From NCBI GenBank assembly GCA_965116015.1, contig OZ220477.1, positions 711,940 to 775,939 on the forward strand: a stretch of DNA of 64,000 nt. Reading direction: 5' to 3'. The first letter of the stretch is position 1; each line of letters starts with the position of its first letter. The notes below the pieces were generated by a model, which ran no database searches, had not been told where the DNA came from, and saw only the letters and a program-made list of their open reading frames with translations. This DNA comes from Dehalococcoidia bacterium (lineage in GTDB: Bacteria; Chloroflexota; Dehalococcoidia; Lucifugimonadales; Australimonadaceae). The position numbers were made by a program, and so were the translations under genes. This document shows positions 21,448 through 28,726 of the stretch, piece by piece.

Positions 21448-21700
21448 CCGCGCCCTACAGCTCCTCGCAGACCCCTCAAGGCATCGCTCGTAGCGCACGG
21501 CGGCGCTTGCCGGCGTTCCGCAACCATCTAGCGCCCGCCGACCAGCCAGCCTCCCGCGGCCAGCCGCGCCCCGCGCCTTACGACTCCCTCGCAGACGCCC
21601 CCCAGGGCCTCGCTCCCAGCGCACGGTGGCGCTTGCCGCCGCTCCGCAACCGCCCCAACTCCCCCCGGCTAGCCAGCCAGCCTCCCACAACCAGCCGCCG
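21448..21700. repeat. Two-copy ~124-bp tandem repeat in the convergent intergenic region
   Basis: ctcgcagac...gcgcacgg(c/t)ggcgcttgccg(g/c)cg(t/c)tccgcaacc...gccagcctccc occurs at 21464 and again at 21588. Confidence 0.75.
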
Positions 21701-21730
21701 CGACGCCGCAGCGCACTCTGCTCACTCCCC

Positions 21731-22225
21731 TCACTCCCCCGCGCCCTCCCCGCGCGCCGCGCCCAGACGCTTCTCGTAGCACACCGCCCAACGCTTGGCG
21801 ACGTGATCCCCATAGCGCGGAATCCGCCTGTAGCCCAGAGCCTCGTAGAAGCCGATCGCCCGGCCAAGCAGATCTCCCGTCTCGAGCACAAGGCGCGACA
21901 GCCCAAGCTCCGACGCCCGACGCTCCAGCTCGCCCATCAGCGCGCGCGCCAGCCCGGATCCCCGCTCCTGCGGAAGAGCGTACACCCGCCTCACCTCTCC
22001 CGCGCCGCCCCCGTAAACGCGCACCGCCCCGCACGCCGCCGCAACGCCCCCGCGACGCGCCAGCAGAAACACCCCCTCGAACGCCAAGTGCTCCTCCCGC
22101 GTCAGCGCCCCCGTGCCTGCCTTGTCGCCGTACGCCTCGCGAATCTCCGCGTCCAGCAGCGCCATCAACTCCTCCGCCTCCGGAGCGCCCGGCTCAACCG
22201 CCTCGAACGTAACCCTGCCTTCCAT
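21731..22225 (-). CDS. GNAT-family N-acetyltransferase
   Basis: RRVYALPQERGSGLARALMGELERRA and FYEALGY are acetyl-CoA binding motifs. I prefer the start MEGRV at 22225. Confidence 0.75.
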   Translation of the reverse strand: MEGRVTFEAVEPGAPEAEELMALLDAEIREAYGDKAGTGALTREEHLAFEGVFLLARRGGVAAACGAVRVYGGGAGEVRRVYALPQERGSGLARALMGELERRASELGLSRLVLETGDLLGRAIGFYEALGYRRIPRYGDHVAKRWAVCYEKRLGAARGEGAGE

Positions 22226-22329
22226 CGCCAACCTCCGCTCCCTGCGCATCCCATTGCCCGCGCGCAACACAAGAAAGAGGGGCCGGCTGCCCGGCCCCTC
22301 TCGACGATCGCCCTAACCCTGCGCTGCGG

Positions 22330-23451
22330 CTAGTCCTTCTCGTTCTCGAACCTGTAGTTGGGGTCCGTGTAGCACTCCGGCGGCATCTCGCTGCGAAGCC
22401 CTCGCTTCGCCAGCTCGGCCTCGAATCGCTCTCGAATCTCAGGCGCCTCCTGATGATACTCGAACTGATCCCCAGAGCGGTCGATCTTCTCCCCCATAAA
22501 CCCCGTGAACTGCGGCAGCGGATGGAACGCCAGATAGCGCCCCGGATGCTCCCCCACATTGAAGTGCTGGTGAAACCACCTGTTCGGAGGCACGAAAATG
22601 CTCCCCTCATGCCACGGAATAAACACCTTCTCCTGCCCCTCCGGCCACATCACCGAAAACCCCTCCCCAGCCGGAATCACAATAACGTACGCAGGCCCAT
22701 GGCGATGCCCCTTCTTGTACGTCTTCGCCGGAAACACCGACATATGCGCCGTCAGCTCCGAACCCGGATACTGCACGAACACCGTCGTCCCGCCCGCGCC
22801 GCGACCCTTGAACGGCACCAATCGATCCCACGCCCGCATATCAGGAAAGAAATTCCCCACCCAGTACTGACGAACCGCCCCACGTCCCGACGGATCATCA
22901 TCCACCGCCCGAGCGTCCGAATAGAACTCGTCCGAAGAAATCAGCTCCTCCGACGGCTGAAGCGGAGTATTGAAGAAAATGCTCGCATCCTTCGCAGCCG
23001 ACATCGCAATCGGCATATTGTTGTAGTGCAGCAGCCGCGCGGGTTCCCCTCCCGACATGCTCGCATACTCCACCCAGTAGTTCCCCGGAATCCGGAACAT
23101 CGCGTGATCCGTCCACTCGAAACTGTGCTTCTCCCCGCCGTCCTTCCAAACCGTCGTCACCCCCCGCCCGCTCAGCACGTAAACCACGTCCTCCAGCGTC
23201 ATCTTGAACGGCGGCGCAGACCCTCCCGCTGGAACCTCCGTGATTCGCGCCTCCGAAACCCCCTCCTGACCCGCCAGCTGAAGGAACGCCGCATTGTGCC
23301 CCCGCTCCTTCCAGTAACCGAGCTCGATAGTCCGCCCGTCCTCGATAAAGTAATCGCGATAGACCGGTATCCCTTGCGCCTCCATCCAAGCATCGTAGAA
23401 CTGCGGCTTGCGGATATACGTCGCCTGGGGTTGTGGCGGAGCCGTTGCCAT
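22330..23451 (-). CDS. Bicupin dioxygenase-like protein (gentisate 1,2-dioxygenase-like cupin)
   Basis: Two cupin halves (VYVLSGRG..., HRHGPAYVIVIPAGEG). AGGAGGA RBS before ATG 23451. Confidence 0.6.
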   Translation of the reverse strand: MATAPPQPQATYIRKPQFYDAWMEAQGIPVYRDYFIEDGRTIELGYWKERGHNAAFLQLAGQEGVSEARITEVPAGGSAPPFKMTLEDVVYVLSGRGVTTVWKDGGEKHSFEWTDHAMFRIPGNYWVEYASMSGGEPARLLHYNNMPIAMSAAKDASIFFNTPLQPSEELISSDEFYSDARAVDDDPSGRGAVRQYWVGNFFPDMRAWDRLVPFKGRGAGGTTVFVQYPGSELTAHMSVFPAKTYKKGHRHGPAYVIVIPAGEGFSVMWPEGQEKVFIPWHEGSIFVPPNRWFHQHFNVGEHPGRYLAFHPLPQFTGFMGEKIDRSGDQFEYHQEAPEIRERFEAELAKRGLRSEMPPECYTDPNYRFENEKD

Positions 23452-23481
23452 AGCTGTCCTCCTGAGCATTGCGCCGCCGCA

Positions 23482-23510
23482 ACCCTACAGAACCACGCCC
23501 GAACTGTCAA
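23482..23510 (-). promoter_or_regulatory. Candidate sigma-70-type promoter TTGACA-17-TAGGGT for the bicupin gene
   Basis: Read on the reverse strand: TTGACA gttcgggcgtggttctg TAGGGT, about 30 nt upstream of the ATG. Confidence 0.4.
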
Positions 23511-23689
23511 AGCGCAGACCTCCTCCCCCGCCCAGCGCTATCTCGATAGGTGTGTCGCCATCGCCTACCGCCGCCCCAGGCGCGCCCCCAGCGCTGCCTG
23601 CGAGATGGGCAACGAATGAACAGCCGGCCACGCCGCAAAGCCCTAGAGCCCCTCTCGCCCAACCGCTCCCTACGCAGCTCATGCGCGTT

Positions 23690-23956
23690 TCAGCCGTAGC
23701 CGCGCGTGCTGTGCACTCTGATATTTGTCACATTAGTCGCAATAGCTCTGCTAATGGAATACAGAATCGCGTGCGGGCCGCGCGAATACAAATAAAGAAC
23801 CACTGGAGGGCGCAGAAAGGAAACCACTCGTTTCCCGTCAGGCCACGGCGACCTGAGTATGTCATCAAGACAGTCGAGTATCTCTTCAGCTCCATCGCCT
23901 CCTGCGGCGGCAAGCTCGGCCTCAGCGGTCGAGCTAAGCGACAGAGTGTTTGCCAT
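23690..23956 (-). CDS. Hypothetical 88-aa protein; candidate toxin partner of the Panacea-domain protein
   Basis: ATG at 23956 overlaps the upstream gene's end by 23 nt. Reduced-GC segment. No family recognised. The alternative frame 23728..23913 cannot be excluded. Confidence 0.25.
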   Translation of the reverse strand: MANTLSLSSTAEAELAAAGGDGAEEILDCLDDILRSPWPDGKRVVSFLRPPVVLYLYSRGPHAILYSISRAIATNVTNIRVHSTRGYG

Positions 23957-24536
23957 ACTTGGCGCGCGCCTCCTCAAGCGAAATGCCCTTGCCGCCCGCC
24001 GCGAAGTACGCCAGCGACTCATCGATGCGCTCAAACAGCCCAGGAGTTGAAAGCGCCTGTTTCACACGATCTCTTATCTCGGGATTCTGGCGCAATTCAA
24101 GCGCCGCGCCCCGTTCGGCTCCTCGCATCGGCAGCGTCTCTTTCGAAGCTCGAACAACATTCGGTGTGCTCTCTCGTCCGTATCGCTTGACGATAGCATT
24201 GATAAACTGCCAATCGTCTGCATCGAGCGGCAAATCGGCGCTGTCGAATCCCTTAGCTACGCAATACTGATAGGTAGCGTTGCCGTTTGGCAGCGCCCTT
24301 TGAGCCATCCGAACTTTCCCCTGAGACTCCAATGAAGCAAGAGACCTAACGATGCCGTTGCCCGCGGCATTCGGGCCGTAATTGTCCCACCGGTAACTGA
24401 AATCGCTAAGCTGGTCTCCCAGGTGCTCCGCTCTCAAGTTGTCAACCAGGTAAACCAGCTTGACCAGCTTTGTCCTGCCTGTGTCGCGCTTAAGCTGGCG
24501 CAACAGCCCAAGTATGACTGCCTCATTGCGCGTCAT
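23934..24536 (-). CDS. Panacea-domain (DUF4065, SocA-like) putative antitoxin
   Basis: N-terminal RTKLVKLVYLVD...FSYRWDNYGPN matches the DUF4065 pattern (K-L-x-K-L-x-Y, W..GP) as I recall it. Reduced GC. Confidence 0.55.
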   Translation of the reverse strand: MTRNEAVILGLLRQLKRDTGRTKLVKLVYLVDNLRAEHLGDQLSDFSYRWDNYGPNAAGNGIVRSLASLESQGKVRMAQRALPNGNATYQYCVAKGFDSADLPLDADDWQFINAIVKRYGRESTPNVVRASKETLPMRGAERGAALELRQNPEIRDRVKQALSTPGLFERIDESLAYFAAGGKGISLEEARAKYGKHSVA

Positions 24537-24665
24537 AGCTCGCTCTCCTCTTAGCTCAAACTCAGGACGCTGCGAAATGCTCCTAAGCGCCCGCCTCCAG
24601 CTTGCTTGACGTACAAGATAGCGCCCTAGGCCAGGCGGCTACTGATGCCGCTTCCCTAGAAGAGC

Positions 24666-24694
24666 ATCTTACACCACGCCTTGACAGGGGTCAA
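24666..24694 (-). promoter_or_regulatory. Candidate promoter TTGACC-17-TAAGAT for the Panacea operon
   Basis: Reverse strand: TTGACC cctgtcaaggcgtggtg TAAGAT, about 125 nt upstream of ATG 24536. The -35 lies inside the palindrome TTGACaggGGTCAA. Confidence 0.45.
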
Positions 24695-24930
24695 TGCGAG
24701 CCCGGCGAACAGACTTCAACCGGAGCGCTGCGCCCTCGCCGCCTACCACGCCTGGGACTCCCCGAACCCCGATCCGCCGGCGCCCTCGGACGCGCTTCCC
24801 AGCACGGCAAGGCCGCGTGCTCTCCGCTCGTGGATTGCGGCGCGGTCGCGGGGCTCTACCCGCCCACAGGACAGAGCAGCGACCACCCCTCTCGAAGCGA
24901 GGCGGGGTTATCCCGGACAGAAGCGCCCCG

Positions 24931-24962
24931 GGCGGGAGTCCGGCGCGCGCCGAACTCCCGCC
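24931..24962. repeat. GC palindrome 1 (ggcgggagtccggcg/cgccgaactcccgcc, one mismatch) directly after the DUF4258 stop
   Basis: 32-nt inverted repeat 12 nt downstream of the stop at 24974. Same family as those at 25544 and 26661. Confidence 0.8.
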
Positions 24963-24973
24963 GGATGGACGCC

Positions 24974-25312
24974 CTACCTCCTCCTGCGCCGCCTGCGCCC
25001 GCTCGGCCCTCTATACCGCCTTAAACGATGCGCCACAGTAACAACTTTCCCGCCACGCCCCACAATCACGTAAGCGTTCAGACGGTCAACTATGCGCCTG
25101 TACCCCGCCAGACCCAGCGCCCGTTTCGCTCGAAGCCGCGCGCAACGGTCCATCTCGTACCTAAAGGCGCCCTTCCGCGCCCCAATCTCCTTGCCGAACT
25201 CAAGCAGCGCATAAACGACCTCGCGCCCGATCCCTCTACTGTTGCGCCGACGCTCAGCGTGCCTTGAAAACCGGCAGGCTATTCGATCATTCCACCCACT
25301 GCTCTGTGACAT
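24974..25312 (-). CDS. DUF4258-family protein (putative BECR-fold RNase toxin), intact copy
   Basis: MSQSSGWNDRIACRFSRHAERRRNSRGIGREVV...YVIVGRGGKVVTVAHRL. The F-S-x-H-A-x-x-R....RGI block and the C-terminal V-I-T-V pattern fit DUF4258 as I recall it. GGAGAG RBS. Confidence 0.65.
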   Translation of the reverse strand: MSQSSGWNDRIACRFSRHAERRRNSRGIGREVVYALLEFGKEIGARKGAFRYEMDRCARLRAKRALGLAGYRRIVDRLNAYVIVGRGGKVVTVAHRLRRYRGPSGRRRRRRR

Positions 25313-25543
25313 CTTGCGCTCTCCTAAGCTCTGTTCCCGCGCTTCGTTACCTCTCGCAGAACACTCGCCAACATCACGGATAACCGAACATAGCGCTCTC
25401 CTTTCGTTGCGCCTCGCCGCCCCGCTCCCGGCGCAATCACAGCCTGAACAACCGCGCCAGGCCAACCCCGAACGCGTCCATCGCCATAACCGCTCTCAAC
25501 CGCGCTCGCGCAAGCGGGTAGGGCAGCGCTGGACGAGAGTCCC
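25313..25543 (-). repeat. Conserved leader L, copy B (~230 nt), between the palindrome and the DUF4258 start
   Basis: About 80% identical by eye to 26420-26660. Contains a mini-ORF, ATG TTC GGT TAT CCG TGA (25374-25391), behind GAAAGGAG. Confidence 0.8.
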
Positions 25544-25575
25544 GGCAGGGAGTCCGGCGCGCCGGACTCCCTGCC
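25544..25575. repeat. GC palindrome 2: perfect 32-nt palindrome ggcagggagtccggcgcgccggactccctgcc
   Basis: Perfect 16+16 inverted repeat read directly from the sequence. Confidence 0.9.
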
Positions 25576-25586
25576 ATATGGACGCC

Positions 25587-25833
25587 CTACCTCCTTCTGC
25601 GCCGCCTCAAACGATCCCCTGGTTTGGATTACCGGGCCTCGATATCGGAGAACGCGGCGGGCGATTAGGGCGGGAATCCTGCGCAAGCATGGCTCCCACT
25701 CGGCATGCCGCCTACTTCTTTTCCTTCTATGCCGCTTCATCTCGCGATTATCCCCTCTACTGTTGCGCCGGCTCCTGGCGCACCCTGAAAACTGACATCC
25801 TATTCGATTGTTCCATCCATCGCTCTGTGACAT
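25587..25833 (-). pseudogene. Decayed DUF4258 copy (5' ~85 nt and 3' ~35 nt retained, centre replaced)
   Basis: It starts MSQSDGWNNRIGCQFSGCARSRRNSRG, then unrelated sequence follows. The 3' end atcgtttgaggcgg...tag realigns with the intact copies but in a different frame, so the six-frame ORF runs on to 25324. Confidence 0.55.
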
Positions 25834-25888
25834 CTCGCGTCTCTCCTCAAGCTCTTTGCCCGTCACTAAACTGTTGTATGGCATATCC

Positions 25889-26296
25889 CTATTGCTCTTC
25901 ATTCTCTGAATCCTCTCCTCTCGCGCTTCGCCGCCTCTTCAACGCATCGCTAACAGCGGCCTCGCGCTCTTCCTCGCTCATCCAAGCAAGCTCCTCAGCC
26001 CGCTCGATGCTGACGCGGCCCGCGCGCTCCATCGAACGGATGGCGACGCCAAAAGACTTCATCAATGCGTCGAGCTGGCCAGTCAGCAAGAGCTTGACCG
26101 GCGAATCCTCTATCCTGGCCAGAGACTCCGCCATACGCCAAACCATCGCTTTAACAGCCGGCTGAACGACGCCTCTCGCCGCCAGCATCGCCGCCGAGAG
26201 CTCAGCAGGCGTCGCCACATGCTCCTTCCCTTCACCATCCACGTACACCATCAGATTAAACTTGTCTCTCATCGAAACCTTCCTTCCTGCATCCAT
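25889..26296 (-). CDS. Hypothetical protein X (135 aa from MDAGRKVSMRDKF...), family unknown
   Basis: GGAGGAGG RBS before ATG 26296, with a second in-frame ATG at 26272. It is in frame with the upstream DUF4258 5' fragment, which gives the 176-aa ORF 25889..26419. Acidic C-terminal tail. Confidence 0.4.
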   Translation of the reverse strand: MDAGRKVSMRDKFNLMVYVDGEGKEHVATPAELSAAMLAARGVVQPAVKAMVWRMAESLARIEDSPVKLLLTGQLDALMKSFGVAIRSMERAGRVSIERAEELAWMSEEEREAAVSDALKRRRSARGEDSENEEQ

Positions 26297-26322
26297 ATTC
26301 CTCCTCCCGAACCTGGCTGCGA

Positions 26323-26419
26323 CAGCATCGCGACTAATTCTCCTACCGCTGCGCCGACTCTCCGCGTGCCCTGAAAACCGACGCCCTATTCGATTGTTCC
26401 GTCCATTGTTCTGTTCCAT
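26323..26419 (-). pseudogene. DUF4258 5' fragment (MEQNNGRNNRIGRRFSGHAESRRSGRRIS) fused in frame to gene X
   Basis: It aligns to the first ~30 codons of the intact copies and breaks at about the same codon as the 25833 fragment. Confidence 0.5.
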
Positions 26420-26660
26420 CTGTGTCGCTCCCTAAGCTCTATTCCCGCGCTTCACTACCGCCTCGCGGAACCAACTCGCCGACATCACGGATAACCAGAC
26501 ATAACTCCTCCTTTCACCGCGCCTCGCTGCGCCGTCCCCGACGCAATCGCAGCCCGAACAAACGCGCCACGCCGAGCCCCGAACGCGCGCCACCGCCGTA
26601 ACCGCCCCAAACCATGCTCGCGAGAGCGGGCAGGGGGGTAGGCAAGAGGCGAAAGCCCCC
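26420..26660 (-). repeat. Conserved leader L, copy C (~240 nt)
   Basis: Aligns with 25313-25543. Mini-ORF ATG TCT GGT TAT CCG TGA at 26485-26502 behind AAAGGAGG. Confidence 0.8.
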
Positions 26661-26691
26661 GTAGGGAGTCCGGCGCGGCTGGACTCCCTAC
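26661..26691. repeat. GC palindrome 3 (gtagggagtcc-ggcgcggct-ggactccctac)
   Basis: 11-bp stems and a 9-nt loop, 10 nt downstream of the stop at 26702. Confidence 0.85.
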
Positions 26692-26701
26692 CAATGGCGC
26701 C

Positions 26702-27016
26702 CTATCTCCTCTTATGCCGCCTCAAACGATGCGCCACAGTGATGACATTCCCATCACGCGATACAACAACATAAACGTTGAGCCGGTCAGCGATGCGCCT
26801 GTAGTCCGCCGAGCCGAGCGCTTGCTCCACGCGAATCCGCGACGAACGATCCAGCGCGTACGCGAAGGCGCCTTCCCGAGTCCTGGTCTTCTTGCCAAAT
26901 CTGAGCAGCACGTCAACAACGGCCGATCCAATGCCTCTACTGTTGCACCGACGCTCAGCGTGCGCTGAAAACTGACGATCTACTACCCTGTTGTTCTGTT
27001 CATTGTGTGAGGTCAA
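26702..27016 (-). CDS. DUF4258-family protein, intact copy (start uncertain)
   Basis: ...NEQNNRVVDRQFSAHAERRCNSRGIGSAVV...YVVVSRDGNVITVAHRLRRHKRR. A TTG at 27016 sits 10 nt after AAGGAG. The maximal ORF extends to the GTG at 27109, which lies inside the leader's SD and is unlikely to be the start. Confidence 0.6.
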   Translation of the reverse strand: MTSHNEQNNRVVDRQFSAHAERRCNSRGIGSAVVDVLLRFGKKTRTREGAFAYALDRSSRIRVEQALGSADYRRIADRLNVYVVVSRDGNVITVAHRLRRHKRR

Positions 27017-27039
27017 GTCCGCATGGCTCCTTGGTGCTT

Positions 27040-27127
27040 GCTCTTGCGCTAGCTCTCCCGTGGAACAACTCACGAACGACACGAACAGCCTGACATACCC
27101 TCCTTTCACCTCACGCCCTGCTCGCGC
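27040..27127 (-). repeat. Partial leader L, copy D (3' ~90 nt only), with a variant mini-ORF
   Basis: ggtgaaaggagggtatgtcaggctgttcgtg... aligns with the SD/mini-ORF part of copies B and C. The mini-ORF here is MSGCSCRS (27071-27097). Confidence 0.6.
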
Positions 27128-27167
27128 TATAGCCTACGCCCGGCAGAATACCCCGCCGGGCCGAGCA

Positions 27168-27196
27168 TTGTACTACACCCCCTCAAAAAAATCAAG
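27168..27196 (-). promoter_or_regulatory. Near-consensus promoter TTGATT-17-TACAAT at the head of the DUF4258 cassette array
   Basis: Reverse strand: TTGATT tttttgagggggtgtag TACAAT, followed by the hairpin cccggcggggtattctgccggg. Confidence 0.5.
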
Positions 27197-27329
27197 CCCC
27201 CTACTACATCTAGGCCTCCCCCGACCCCGCCCCCCGGACGCGCCTCCCGGCGCCGCCAGAACCCGCCCGCTCCCTCCCGCGGATGCGCCGCCCCGTCCGG
27301 CCCGCCCGATGCTGTCCGCTTGCCGCTCC

Positions 27330-27678
27330 CTGAATATGCTTGCATCCCTATATACGTCTCCTATATGCGTAATGTGCAGAACCAGCAAGTATTCCCGCCT
27401 ATGCCCTAGTTACTAGGACTAGCTCTTAAGCAATTAGCAATTGCTTACAAGGCGCATCGTCCTAGTACTATGATCAACTAGATGCGCTCTAATTAACGTG
27501 CAATATCCAATTACTGTAGCAGTATTCAAGTTGCTCTCTGAGCGGAATTCGCACGGGTTCAAACAAAAAGTTCCGACCACTCCTAGCCCCATTTATGCAA
27601 TCACAAACGCGACGGTTTGTCAACACTTCAGGTTCCAAAATCTGTATGCTGAAGAAATCACCCTCAGGGAGGCTGCTT
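27330..27678. other. AT-rich non-coding spacer with several palindromes
   Basis: Local GC is far below the flanks. TAAGCAATTagCAATTGCTTA, CTAGTtaCTAGgaCTAG, CAAACgcgacgGTTTG. No convincing ORF. Confidence 0.6.
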
Positions 27679-28563
27679 ATGACCACTGCCGCCATCGGAT
27701 TCATCGGCCTCGGACGTATGGGTAAACCAATGGCCCTCAACCTCCTCCGCGCCGGATTCGACGTCAGCGTCGTCTCGCGCTCGCGCCCTCCCATCGACGA
27801 ACTCGTCGCCGCCGGAGCCCACGAAGCCCCCTCTCTCGCCACTCTCGCGCAACGCGCCAGCATCATCTGCACCTGCCTGCCCGACCTCGCAGCCTCCCGC
27901 GACATCTACCTCGGCAGCGACGGACTCATCCCCAACGCCCGCCCCGGCCAGACGCTCATCGAAACGAGCACGATCTCCCCCTCGCTCGCCAGACAGATCG
28001 CCGAAGCTGCCGCCGCGCGCGGCGCCGGCTACCTCGACGCCCCCGTCTCCGGAGGCGTCGAACGCGCCCAGAACGCCACCCTCGCCATTATGGCCGGCGG
28101 CGACGACGCAACCTTCAACACCGCGCGGCCAGCCCTCGACGCCATCGGCTCAGCCGTCCACCACGTCGGCGCAGCGGGGCAGGGGAGCGTCGTCAAACTC
28201 GCGAACCAGCTGCTCGTCGGTGTCCACACGCTCGCAGCCTGCGAGGCGTTCGCTTTCGGAACAGCCGCCGAAGTCAACGCCGCGCAGATGCTCGACATCC
28301 TGGCCGCCTCCTGGGGAGCCAGCAATATGCTCGCCCGCAACGGCCCCCTCTTCCGCTCCGGCGACTACGGCTCCCTCGCTCCCGTGCGCCTCCTCGCAAA
28401 AGACCTCGCCCTCGTCGAAGAATCCGCCCACGACCTCGGCGTCGCGCTCCCCATCGCGCAGCGCGCCCGCGCCCTGTTCGACGAGGCAATGCAACTCAGG
28501 CTCGGCGAGTGCGACATCTCCGCGCTCATAACGATGATCCGCCCCCCAGCCCGCCCCGCCTGA
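27679..28563 (+). CDS. NAD(P)-dependent beta-hydroxyacid dehydrogenase (3-hydroxyisobutyrate / tartronate semialdehyde reductase family)
   Basis: IGFIGLGRMGKPMALNL, ETSTISP, YLDAPVSGG, KLANQLL. AGGGAGG RBS before ATG 27679. Confidence 0.8.
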   Translation: MTTAAIGFIGLGRMGKPMALNLLRAGFDVSVVSRSRPPIDELVAAGAHEAPSLATLAQRASIICTCLPDLAASRDIYLGSDGLIPNARPGQTLIETSTISPSLARQIAEAAAARGAGYLDAPVSGGVERAQNATLAIMAGGDDATFNTARPALDAIGSAVHHVGAAGQGSVVKLANQLLVGVHTLAACEAFAFGTAAEVNAAQMLDILAASWGASNMLARNGPLFRSGDYGSLAPVRLLAKDLALVEESAHDLGVALPIAQRARALFDEAMQLRLGECDISALITMIRPPARPA

Positions 28564-28726
28564 CCACAGCGCCGCCCCAGCCTCAGCAACCACGAACCCC
28601 GCATCGTCCCCGCCGGCCAGATTCCTCGCATCGCCAGCCCCCGCGAACGCGAAGACCGCGCCAACGATGAGCGCCCGCCCCTGGCCTCCGCGAGCGAGAA
28701 GACCTCGCCCAGACGACAACCCCCCC

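Noticed and set aside
23728-23913. An alternative 61-aa - strand ORF, considered as the Panacea partner.
   Set aside because: It has no RBS and no coupling to the upstream gene, and its sequence is hydrophobic, Cys/Phe-rich and of odd composition. I kept it only as an alternative mentioned under the 88-aa candidate.
25500-25520. The shared 11-mer gcgcaagcggg between leader copy B and the fossil CRISPR units at 57611/57672, which might link the two loci.
   Set aside because: A single 11-mer match is expected by chance in 64 kb of GC-rich sequence, and leader copy C does not conserve it.
24931-26691. Interpreting the palindromes and same-orientation small cassettes as an integron cassette array with attC sites.
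   Set aside because: No intI integrase or attI is present in the window. The palindromes lack the flanking RYYYAAC / GTTRRRY core sites and the extrahelical-base asymmetry of attC. The repeated unit also extends ~240 nt beyond the hairpin and into coding sequence, which attC sites do not do.
26485-26694. A 69-aa - strand ORF inside leader copy C, considered as a possible protein antitoxin.
   Set aside because: The corresponding frame in copy B differs by indels and mostly non-synonymous changes and has no equivalent start or stop. Only the last five codons (the mini-ORF) are conserved.
27498-27725. A 75-aa ORF in the AT-rich spacer, and the antisense ORF 27489..27905.
   Set aside because: No RBS and no family resemblance. 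It overlaps the well-supported dehydrogenase start, and ORFs of this size are expected by chance.
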